Source of the DNA: Acidobacteriota bacterium
GTDB lineage: Bacteria; Acidobacteriota; UBA6911; RPQK01; JAJDTT01
Length of the DNA stretch: 64,000 nucleotides
NCBI GenBank assembly: GCA_965217775.1
Contig: CBDCJH010000002.1
Span: forward strand, 2,176,001-2,240,000
Direction: 5' to 3'
Under the pieces are notes generated by a model. That model was given only the letters and a program-made list of their open reading frames with translations, did no database searches and was not told the DNA's origin. Position numbers and translations under genes: made by a program. Below, piece after piece: positions 19,883 to 29,053 of the stretch (positions are counted from its first letter, which is position 1; each line of letters starts with the position of its first letter).

Positions 19883-21300
19883 CGGTCGGCCCGGCCACTC
19901 CAGCGGCAGCGCGAGACGATCGCCAGTCAGCGTGAAGCCGTGCTGGAACACGCTGGCAGCCGCGGTTGGATCATCCCCGAGGAGCGCGTGTTCGCCGATG
20001 ACGGGTTCAGTGGTGCGGCCCTGGACCGTCCCGCACTGGAAGCCTTGCGCGACGCCGTTGCGAGCGGCTGGGTCGAGACCGTCCTGGTCTGGTCCGTGGA
20101 CCGTCTGAGCCGCAATTTTGCTCACCAGATGTTGCTCCAGGAGGAGTTCGACCGCTCCGGGGTGAAGATCGTCTTCGCCCAGGAACCCGACGATGGCACG
20201 CCCCAGGGGATGCTGCTGCGACAAATGCTGTCGGTCATCTCCGAGTATGAGCGGACCCAGATCGCGGAGCGGTCACGGCGGGGCAAGATCCACCTCGCCC
20301 GTCAAGGTTCGCTGAACATGATCACGCGCGCCCCCTACAGGTATCGTTTGATCCGCAAGACCGAGACGGCGGGCGCCCGGCTCGAGATCGATGACGCCGA
20401 GGCGGCCGTCGTGCACCGGATCTATGATCAGTATGTCCGCGAGGGTTTGCCGATGAATGCGCTCTCGCGCCGGCTCGATGCCGAGGGCGCACGGCCGCGT
20501 CATGCCGAGTTCTGGCCGACCTCGACCGTGGCCGTGATTCTCAGAAACGAGGCCTATGTGGGAAGAGCCGCTTATCTGAAGACCACCAGCACCGGAAGGC
20601 GAGCACGTCGGAACCGCACGGGTCGGCGCCAAGCCGGATCGGTTCGGCGCTGGACCGGGCGAACGGCCCGTCCCCGCCAGGAATGGATCGAATTGCCCAT
20701 TCCCGCCATCCTCGACGAACGGAACCGAACATTGGCGTCACGCGCAGGGCGCCGTCTGTGACAATCCTGCGGTCCGTGCCGAAGAAATCGATGACGCGGT
20801 GTGGAAGGAGATGCTCACCCTCCTGGAGCACCCGGAACTCATCCAGGCCGAAATCGAACGCCGGCTCGTGGCCGCCAATGACACGGCCTCGCCCCGTCGC
20901 CGAATCGAGAGCTTGCGGGGCGAGCTGTCCCGAATCAAGACTCGATTCCGTCGCCTTCTCGATGCCTATCAGGAGGGGATCGTGACCCTCGACGAGTTGC
21001 GCCGGAGGAACGCTCCCCTACAAACTCGGCAACGCTCGATCCGGTCCGAACTCGAAGCCCTGGAAACTTCGGAACTTGATCGTGAATCCCAGTTGGCTCT
21101 GGCCACCACGATCCAGCAATTCCTCCAGCGCATGCGCCAAGCCGCGCAGTCGCTCTCCATCCTCGAACGCCAGCGGATCGTGCGTCTACTGGTTCGCGAA
21201 GTCCGGATCGGGAAGGGTTCGGTCACGATCTGTCATTCGATCCCGCTTTACGATTTGCCGCCCACAGGTTCCGACCCTTCTCCGCGTAAGCTTCCCAACA
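19883..21300 (+). pseudogene. Large serine recombinase remnant
   Basis: TIASQ...DDGFSGAALDRPAL...DRLSR...SEYERTQIAERSRRGK and a coiled-coil C-terminus (LLDAYQEG...RQRIVRLLVREV). The catalytic YxRxS N-terminus is absent (in-frame TGA at 19880), and the Zn-ribbon region is deleted with a frame change near 20720. Confidence 0.85.
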
Positions 21301-21469
21301 CCAAGAGGGCATGGCTAAGAAGAGTTCAACCGCTGACCGAGTTTACAGCAAAAATCAGACTTGACCCGGTGGAGGCTCCGGACGCCGGCAGGTCACGAGA
21401 GTGATCGCACAGGTACCTCCCGGACTGGTTTGTGCTGACCGGACGCAAGCCTGTAGACTTGAACCTGAA

Positions 21470-22264
21470 ATGAGTTCATTTAAAGACAAGCTGGATCGAT
21501 CTCAGCCCGTAAGAGTTGCCGTGGCCAACCTCCTGGAACAGGCCATTCTAGAAGGCTCCCTTCGCCCCGGGGACGAGGTTCCGCAACTGAAGCTGGCAGA
21601 GTGTCTGGGACTCTCGCAGGGATCCGTACGAGAAGGGCTGCTCGAGCTGGAACACCGTGGGTTGATCGTCGCGAACGGCCGCACTCGAAGCGTGGTCAAG
21701 TTGTCCGAGGACGACCTGGCTCACATTTACGACCTCCGTGCGATCTTGGAGCCGCGAGCCTGTCAGCTGGCGGCCCAGATTTGGTCCCAGGAGATGAGCC
21801 GAAAACTTCAGACGTGCGTGGAACGGATGGAAGCCGGGACGAAGAAGGGCGATTACCACGAGCACCTGCAGGCCGACATCGAGTTTCACCGCACCATCTG
21901 GAGCCACCAGCCCAACCGATACCTCGAGCGTGCACTATTACGCCTCTGCATGCCTCTGTGGTCCTATGACCTGGTCCAGAGAACCCACGAGTGCGTCCTC
22001 GATGTGGACAACAGCCTGCGCCAGCACCGACTCATCATTGAAACGCTGCGCACGCGGGATGGGGTGAAGACCGAACGAATCGTTCGGCGGCTGGTGGAAC
22101 GGTTCTTCCGACAGGATCTGCGGGACTACGCGCGGGTGGAACGTTTGAGCCGGGAACACGAAAGACTGGGTCAATTGCCCTGGTGCAGCCCGCCACAAAT
22201 TTTGAGCCATCTCCAGACGTCCCTCGGACGCGCTGACCGTGGCTCAAAGCATCCGGATTATTGA
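21470..22264 (+). CDS. GntR family transcriptional regulator (FCD domain)
   Basis: HTH LRPGDEV...LAECLGLSQGSVREGLLEL; FCD motifs YDLRAILE and DIEFHRTI. Confidence 0.93.
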   Translation: MSSFKDKLDRSQPVRVAVANLLEQAILEGSLRPGDEVPQLKLAECLGLSQGSVREGLLELEHRGLIVANGRTRSVVKLSEDDLAHIYDLRAILEPRACQLAAQIWSQEMSRKLQTCVERMEAGTKKGDYHEHLQADIEFHRTIWSHQPNRYLERALLRLCMPLWSYDLVQRTHECVLDVDNSLRQHRLIIETLRTRDGVKTERIVRRLVERFFRQDLRDYARVERLSREHERLGQLPWCSPPQILSHLQTSLGRADRGSKHPDY

Positions 22265-23703
22265 TCCGCCTTGTTCTTCTTCTCCAACCGGTCAATCATC
22301 CACTGCCGCCAGTAGGCGACCACTTCCGGGTCTTCCGGGGTTGCGCCCAGATCGCCGCTTTCCTTCACCCACGCATCCAACCGGGCACGCAGATCCTCAA
22401 GACCCTGTTGATGCTCGGGGGAGTCGACCAGGTTGTGCAGTTCGTGCGGATCCTGCTCCAGATCGTAGTATTCTTCAGCCGGCCACTGCGGCGCCATGAA
22501 TTGTGCCTGTTCCGGCGTCAGCTTTCCTTCGTCGTACAGTTTCTTCATCAACCCCAGCGCCGGCCAGCTCTTAAACTTGTAGGGCAACCATTGCGTGGGA
22601 TAGGGCCGATCGGGAAGGAAGTTGCGAATGTACTTGAAACGCTCGGTGCGTATGGCGCGCAGGTGGGCCTCAGCCTCGTCGATCCGGTCCCGGGCCGCAA
22701 AGATCACGTCGCGAGGGACGACATCTGCACCCAGAAAAGGGCGACCCTGCATCTTCGCTGGCAGCTCGATTCCCGCCGCGGCCAGTGATGTCGCGGTGAT
22801 ATCGATCATGCTGATCAACTGGTCGGAAACCGTTCCCGGTTCGATCTGCCCGGGGCGTCGGACAATCAGGGGAATGCGAATTCCACCGTCGTACAGAGCG
22901 TGCTTTCCTCGCAAATGCCCGGCCCCGTGGTCACTGAAGAAGAAGACAATCGTATTCTCCCGTAGGCCTTCTCTATCCAGCCTCTCCAGAACGGCGTCCA
23001 CTTTCTTGTCCAGTTTGTTGATGGTGTCGAGATAGAGAGCCCAGTCGTTTCGAATGATCGGGTCGTCCGCATAATACGGCGGGAGAGCGACCTGGTCCGG
23101 ATCGACCGGATTCTCCGGAGCTTTTCGGAAGGGCCGGTGGGTTTCCGGGAAATTGACCTGCGCAAAAAACGGTTGCCCTTCCGCTCTCTGGTCCCAGTCC
23201 GTCCCCTCCCACGGATCCTCCACCTGAAAATTGAAGTCATCCTTCCCGGTTCCCTTCACTCCCGGCGCTGGGCTCGTCACATTGGCCGTGAAGTAGCCAG
23301 CCCGCCGAAAATAATTCGTCACGATGTCCACGCCTTCCGGCAGACGATAGTCGTCCCGGCGATGGCTGCGGTGGTGATGGGCTCCGATGGTCGTCTGGTA
23401 CATCCCCGTGATCAGGGCGGAGCGCGAGGCCGAACAGACCGGGGCCGGTGTGAAGACCCGGGTGTAGCGTGCTCCCTCTGAGGCCAGCTTGTCCAGCGCA
23501 GGGGAGTGCACGAGCGGATCGCCATAACATCCCAGATCTGGAGACATATCCTCGGAGATGATCCAGAGAATGCTCGGTAGCGCCTGTATTGGCTCCGTTG
23601 AGGACGTGCAGTTCGCCAGGGGCAAGATGGCGCCGCAGACGAGCACCAGATACTTGAAGATGTACTGAACTGAAGCCCTTGTTGGTCCTTCACAAGCAGT
23701 CAT
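22258..23703 (-). CDS. Sulfatase (formylglycine-dependent S1), N-sulfoglucosamine sulfohydrolase-like, probable lipoprotein
   Basis: ILWIISED, CSASRSALITGMY signature (C-x-A-x-R variant), FFSDHG, YDLEQDPHE; LANC lipobox-like sequence. Confidence 0.93.
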   Translation of the reverse strand: MTACEGPTRASVQYIFKYLVLVCGAILPLANCTSSTEPIQALPSILWIISEDMSPDLGCYGDPLVHSPALDKLASEGARYTRVFTPAPVCSASRSALITGMYQTTIGAHHHRSHRRDDYRLPEGVDIVTNYFRRAGYFTANVTSPAPGVKGTGKDDFNFQVEDPWEGTDWDQRAEGQPFFAQVNFPETHRPFRKAPENPVDPDQVALPPYYADDPIIRNDWALYLDTINKLDKKVDAVLERLDREGLRENTIVFFFSDHGAGHLRGKHALYDGGIRIPLIVRRPGQIEPGTVSDQLISMIDITATSLAAAGIELPAKMQGRPFLGADVVPRDVIFAARDRIDEAEAHLRAIRTERFKYIRNFLPDRPYPTQWLPYKFKSWPALGLMKKLYDEGKLTPEQAQFMAPQWPAEEYYDLEQDPHELHNLVDSPEHQQGLEDLRARLDAWVKESGDLGATPEDPEVVAYWRQWMIDRLEKKNKADQ

Positions 23704-23776
23704 TTTGCTCGTTCCTCCCGGCCTTCGGGATTGCCGGTCGCGGAGGGTCTATGCGCCCGGCGACTCTGAAGGCCTC

Positions 23777-26700
23777 TTACTCAGCCGGAATCAGAACGCC
23801 CGTATCCCGGAAGCCAATGTTCATCCGAACCCCTTTGCGGCCGTCCACAAACTCCGCCGTCAGACTGAAGTTGACGCGCTTGCCGGCAAGATCGGCAACC
23901 GAGATCACATGGTCTTCGGGAAGTTCCGGCCCGCCTTCCCTTTTGATGAATGGTGGAACATTCCGAGTCCAGATCAGTTGCCTGCGACCCTCCGCCTCGG
24001 CCCGGACCTCAAATCGAATGAAGTCCAGGTCGCTGGGAAGGGGCTGTCTGAAAATGCGGTGGACGACGCTTTGAAAATACAGTGCAGCCCGGTTCGAATC
24101 GGGTATCTCAGCGGAAAACTCGACCGATCCGGCCGCCTGCTTTCGGGAGCTCCGCGTCACCCGCGACGCCCCGGACAACACGTTACTGACCAGGAAATGG
24201 GACAATTGTTCGAGCTGTTCCGGCCGGGGAGCAATTAGACAGAACGTGGGCGTCCTCCTCTCCGAAAGCCGGGCCGCCAGCGGCGCCGAATAGAGCCGAC
24301 CGTCCCATTCGATGTACTGGTTGTACAAAATCTGCTGAAAGCTGTTGCCGATCTCCTCGTGATGAGCAAGTCCTTCATTCGACCCGATAATCAGGAGCGC
24401 GTCGGCCTGGTCCGGGGGGATTGCCAGATGGTGATCGATCGAGATCCGGCGGCCCATGACAACGCCCAGGCTGTCGAGCACGGAAGCGGCGAGGCTGCGG
24501 TCTCTCAGACTGTCCCCGACTTCGAGCCGGAACGATCCCTTCCCCAGGGCTGAAACCATCTCGTCGAGAGGGAGAAGGAACAGCGGCTGAAAGGATCGGA
24601 CGACTCTTCCCGCCTCGGCTTCATAGTAGCTGTACGGGGCGATCTCATCCGGCTTTCCGAGTCCGATTTCAATCACGACGCTGTCCTTGCCGATGATCGG
24701 GAGGCGCAGGGTCTGCCCGTAGGAAACGCTGTCCTGCCCAAGGTTGGCCTTGACGGGATAGACCAAATGAACCGGAAGATTTCTGTCTGTCGGACGGAAG
24801 CCTGCACTTTCGTCGAGCCGGACCTCCAGATGATTCAGGTCAAAGGAGTTGTTGAACGCGTAGATCACGCCCCGGCCTTCTCCCACGTGGGAGTACGCGG
24901 CCAGCCCTTTGTTGAAGGTTTCCGGCTGCCGAACAACCGGCCTGCAGTTGAGTACGAACCGACTCCGGAGCTTGTCCCAGGCCAGCCACTCCCTGAGGAC
25001 CTCCTTGTCGAAGGCAGGCATTTGCGCGAAAGAGAAGCGGATGTCTCGGACGGCCGTTGTGGCAAAGCACGTGAACATGTTCTGGGTCCATCCCTCTCCG
25101 GAAGGGATCAACAAACCCGTGTGTTCCAGATTGACGGGAATCGGCGACCGCTGCTGCAGGGACCAGCCGGCAATGTCGCCTTTGATGCCCCAGGGAGGAA
25201 CAAAGCCGTCGTAAAAGCGCTGCCAGGCGATGCGCCTTTCCAAGGCCAGGGCCCGCGCTGGATAATCGCTTCCCGAGGCCTCGGTCATCAGTTCCGTGAG
25301 ACCCGGATCACCGGCGTGCAGATGGGTGGCGTGTTTGAGCACCCAGGGCCAGTTTACGGCCTTGCAGTAGAAGCGATAGATACCCGGTCTGCGCCGCTCA
25401 ATTTCATCGTAGATGTCGAGCATCTTTCCGATCTGAATGTCGACCGAATCGTATCCGTTGGCCAGACTCTCATGCGTCGTGGAGTAGTTCGGCGTGTAGC
25501 GGTGGAAATCAAACAGGATGCCGCCCAGATCGTAGCGGTCCAGCAGCTCTAGAGCGAAGCCTTTCAAGACATCGCCGTAGGGCGAGGAGAGCGACTGAAC
25601 GGGAGGTCCTTTCGGGTCTCCATATCGGAGTTCCGCCATGGGCCGCCCGACCAGGTGAGGGTTTCCCTCCCGGTTGATCACGGCCCACTCGGTACTTTCT
25701 CGCACATACCGGGTCGAAAGCGAATCCAGCCACACGGAAAGTTTCATGCCGCGGTCCTTGATGGCTCTGACCAGGGGGAGCATTCCATTCGGGACTCTTT
25801 CCGGCTGGGTGACTGCGAGGTCCCAGGTCTTGTCGTCAGCCCCGTGGACACCGGGAAGTCTCGTACTGTACGGACGGTCCGGCCACTGCCAGCCAGCGTC
25901 GAGGTGGAGTAATTCCGTGCCGACCCACTGAATGTCGTCGATCGCCTGCAGGATTCGATCGGCGCGCGTGGCCGTCAGCCACGGCCCCCAGGTCGTGAAT
26001 TTGACCGGAAACGGAATATTCGGCTGGACTCGCCTTGCGACGTGATCAAAGAATGCGAGGCGAGCTGTCTCGAGGCTGGCGGACTCCTCGTTGCCCTGCT
26101 TAGGAAACAAGAGGATGGATCCGGTCTCGAAGGTGTGGGACTGGCTGGGGAGGAGACGCTGGCCGGGCCGGTATCCGATCTGCATCCGAGCCCCGTCCTC
26201 GAGCAGTTCCGAGTTGGGCCATTCAAGCGTCATGGCGCAGCCGCTGTTCTTTCTCAGAAAGACCGCTGGCTGGCCGGCAGCGCTTTCGGCAGACAGAGGC
26301 CAGGCGCGCTTCAGCCCCCGGGGTTGAAAGCTCCAGAGACGGAGTCCGGCTACGTAGCCCCCTCCGGGGTCGGCGTAATAGGTCAGGGTCTTGTCCAGGA
26401 CCGGAAATTCCGGATCCAGTTCGTAGGTGACCTCGACCCGTCCGAGATCATGGACAAAACGCAGGACCAGCCTTTTTTCATCCTCGCCCGTCTCCGCCCC
26501 AGCGAACCGGAATCCACCCGGAGATTGGTAGACGACCTCCAGGTCGGGATCATGAATGACCTCCGGCCGCAGCAGGGCCATCACAACTTCTTGTGACCCC
26601 TCCAGCGGATAGACTTCTCCGGTTGGCAAGTATTCGACGGCCGCCAGTCCGGGGCTCGGTTCGCCGACCTGGAAGACAGCCTTCAGAGCTTGATTCTGAA

Positions 26701-26821
26701 GAACGAGACGGCTTGCTTCGAGCGGCTGCTCCCCGGCCAGGGGCAACCCAGCTGCCGTGAGGAGCGAGAAAAAGCAAATCGATAGAATGGAGAAGGCCGG
26801 TCGAGTCAGGTGCTTGGCCAT
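23777..26821 (-). CDS. Secreted ~1014-aa GH36/clan-D-like protein, paralog B
   Basis: Shares PFPVKFTTWGPWL, DAGWQW, HAGDPG, FVPPWGIKGDIAGWS and CFATTAVRDIRFSF with 6762-9749. Confidence 0.6.
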   Translation of the reverse strand: MAKHLTRPAFSILSICFFSLLTAAGLPLAGEQPLEASRLVLQNQALKAVFQVGEPSPGLAAVEYLPTGEVYPLEGSQEVVMALLRPEVIHDPDLEVVYQSPGGFRFAGAETGEDEKRLVLRFVHDLGRVEVTYELDPEFPVLDKTLTYYADPGGGYVAGLRLWSFQPRGLKRAWPLSAESAAGQPAVFLRKNSGCAMTLEWPNSELLEDGARMQIGYRPGQRLLPSQSHTFETGSILLFPKQGNEESASLETARLAFFDHVARRVQPNIPFPVKFTTWGPWLTATRADRILQAIDDIQWVGTELLHLDAGWQWPDRPYSTRLPGVHGADDKTWDLAVTQPERVPNGMLPLVRAIKDRGMKLSVWLDSLSTRYVRESTEWAVINREGNPHLVGRPMAELRYGDPKGPPVQSLSSPYGDVLKGFALELLDRYDLGGILFDFHRYTPNYSTTHESLANGYDSVDIQIGKMLDIYDEIERRRPGIYRFYCKAVNWPWVLKHATHLHAGDPGLTELMTEASGSDYPARALALERRIAWQRFYDGFVPPWGIKGDIAGWSLQQRSPIPVNLEHTGLLIPSGEGWTQNMFTCFATTAVRDIRFSFAQMPAFDKEVLREWLAWDKLRSRFVLNCRPVVRQPETFNKGLAAYSHVGEGRGVIYAFNNSFDLNHLEVRLDESAGFRPTDRNLPVHLVYPVKANLGQDSVSYGQTLRLPIIGKDSVVIEIGLGKPDEIAPYSYYEAEAGRVVRSFQPLFLLPLDEMVSALGKGSFRLEVGDSLRDRSLAASVLDSLGVVMGRRISIDHHLAIPPDQADALLIIGSNEGLAHHEEIGNSFQQILYNQYIEWDGRLYSAPLAARLSERRTPTFCLIAPRPEQLEQLSHFLVSNVLSGASRVTRSSRKQAAGSVEFSAEIPDSNRAALYFQSVVHRIFRQPLPSDLDFIRFEVRAEAEGRRQLIWTRNVPPFIKREGGPELPEDHVISVADLAGKRVNFSLTAEFVDGRKGVRMNIGFRDTGVLIPAE

Positions 26822-27318
26822 GCGGTCCTCCACAAACGAGGCTCGGGCCCTCGCCCGGAATTCTCCGGAAGCGGCTCCCGCCACCGCCAGCGACCGGACC
26901 TCCTAGGTTGATCGGGCCGGAGACGATCGTCGTTCGGACTTCCAAATTCTCTGGTAGATGAGGTGCTACTAAGAAATCATAGAGCCGAGACTGGTGCAAG
27001 CCGAGAGAAGCGGGCGCGTGCACGACGGGAAAGGGAGACTGGCAGTGTAAAGCGCGGGTCGTCTGCGGGTTGCATCTCCCCGCTCCGGCAGAGCATTCAA
27101 CTGTCAGAGGGGAGGGTTGAGCGATAGCCATTGGGGAGAGGCTGCTTCAGCGCCCTCTCTCTTTGTCGGTAGGGGAATCCCCTGCAGAGACGGTTCCCGG
27201 ACGATTGACAGCTCGCTCTGGGATTTGGCACTCTTAGCCGACGCAGGAGCCTGAGACTGTGTGCGGAATTGATCGATCAGCCTGAGTCGGGTCCGCGGCC
27301 CGGGCCAGTAGGAGCCTA

Positions 27319-28926
27319 GTGGATTCTTGCCAAGAAACGGCCCGGCCTGAATCTGACGCACGAGTTCACCTTCCCGTTACCCGGTTGCCGAAATGGGGAA
27401 TGGCGGAGCTGCCCGAGCCGACGCCCGTCGGGTGGCGGAACTGGAAGCTCTTCGTTGGCCCCGGACTGGTCATGATGGGGGCCAACATCGGTGGCGGAGA
27501 ATGGCTGTTCGGCCCCGAAGTGGCGGCCCGGTATGGTGGCGGCCTTTTTTGGCTGGCCACGATGGCCATTATCGCGCAGGTCTTCTACAACATCGAAACC
27601 GGCCGCTACGCTCTGTACTGCGGCGAACCCACCTTCACGGGCTTCATGCGGACCTTCCCCGGACCCCGCTTCTGGATTGGAGTATACCTAATCCTCACGC
27701 TAAGCCAGTTCCTTCCGGTCCTGGCCTTCAATGCGGCCACCATTTGCGCCGCCCTCTACCTGGACCGGCCGCCCACGCCGGCCGACGCCATGATCGTCCT
27801 GGTGCTTGGCTTTGCCTGCCTCGGCCTGTCCGTCCTGCCGGTGGCGTTCGGGTCCAAGGTGTACAACTCCCTGCAGGCCATCATGACCGTGAAGGTGGTC
27901 ATCGTGCTGGCGTTCACCGCACTGGTCGGGGTGTTCTACGTGAGCCCGCGCGACTGGCTGGAAGTGTTCGGGGGGTTCCTCCGCTTTGGCACCGTCCCAT
28001 CTTCCGATGCTCCGCCCGGTCAGGCTGTGGTCAATGCCCTAGCCTTTCATGCTGAACGGGGGCGCTGGCCGAATCTCGATCTGACCCATGTGTCGGTGCT
28101 GGCCGCGTTTGCCGCAGTCGCCGGCGGAGGGGGCTTGAACAACTCACTCTATAGCAACTACGTGCGGGACAAGGGGTGGGGGATGGGAAGCCTGGTCGGC
28201 GCCATCCCCGGCCTGATCGGCTCCAGGACAATCCGGCTCAGCCATCTCGGGAAGGTGTTTCCCGTTAGCTCCGATGGCCTGCGACGATGGAAGATCTGGT
28301 GGCGATACATCCTGACCGATCAGGCCTTCGTCTGGCTTCCCGGCTGCTTCGTGGGGATGGCCCTGCCAGCTTTGGTGTCCATCCGCTTCGCTCACTATTC
28401 CGGTCTCTACGAGCAGGGCGGCGACCGCTGGGCCTCCGCCTGCATCGTCGCCGACGGCATGCGGCAGGCGTTATCGGGTTCCGCCTCGCAGGTGGCCTGG
28501 ATCTCCTGGTTGGTGGTCGGGCTCCTGGTGCTCCTACCCAGCCAGATGATGCTGGTCGACTACTTCGGCCGGCGCTGGACTGATGTGATCTGGTCCGCCA
28601 ATCAGAAGGTGCGTGAGCGGATGCAGCCCCATCAGGTGAAGCCCGTTTACTACACGATCCTGGCCATCTTCGTCTTCTGGAGCTTCGTCAGTCTCTACTT
28701 CTTCGGGGTGGCCGGCAATCCCAAGTTCATGTTTGTGGTGGCTGCCAACCTGAACAACATCGCCATTGGTGCCAGTTCGTTTCATTTGCTCTGGATCAAT
28801 CACAAGATGCTCCCCAAGCCCCTGCGCCCGCACTGGTTCATGGGGCTCGGACTGTTCTTCTGCGGGGTCTTCTACCTGGGTCTGGCCTTGCTCGTCTTCT
28901 ACAGCCGGGTGCTGCCCGCCCTGTAG
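27319..28926 (+). CDS. Nramp-like (APC superfamily) membrane transporter of unknown substrate
   Basis: GPGLVMMGANIGGGEWLFGP, YVRDKGWGMG; about 11 hydrophobic segments. Start may be ATG 27400. Confidence 0.8.
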   Translation: MDSCQETARPESDARVHLPVTRLPKWGMAELPEPTPVGWRNWKLFVGPGLVMMGANIGGGEWLFGPEVAARYGGGLFWLATMAIIAQVFYNIETGRYALYCGEPTFTGFMRTFPGPRFWIGVYLILTLSQFLPVLAFNAATICAALYLDRPPTPADAMIVLVLGFACLGLSVLPVAFGSKVYNSLQAIMTVKVVIVLAFTALVGVFYVSPRDWLEVFGGFLRFGTVPSSDAPPGQAVVNALAFHAERGRWPNLDLTHVSVLAAFAAVAGGGGLNNSLYSNYVRDKGWGMGSLVGAIPGLIGSRTIRLSHLGKVFPVSSDGLRRWKIWWRYILTDQAFVWLPGCFVGMALPALVSIRFAHYSGLYEQGGDRWASACIVADGMRQALSGSASQVAWISWLVVGLLVLLPSQMMLVDYFGRRWTDVIWSANQKVRERMQPHQVKPVYYTILAIFVFWSFVSLYFFGVAGNPKFMFVVAANLNNIAIGASSFHLLWINHKMLPKPLRPHWFMGLGLFFCGVFYLGLALLVFYSRVLPAL

Positions 28927-29053
28927 CAGTTCGCGATGCGAAGCGCGAGCGTCCGCGTGCTGGGATCCGCCGAATCTCGATCCGGTTTGGCAAGCTGGAG
29001 CTTCCTTCCGGCCGCCGATTGAAAGGCCGGGAGCAGCCTCCTATACTTCCGGC

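Noticed and set aside
26885-27318. Structured ncRNA or small ORF in the long divergent intergenic region
   Set aside because: No convincing stems, RBS-led ORF or known motif beyond the palindrome reported as a candidate operator.
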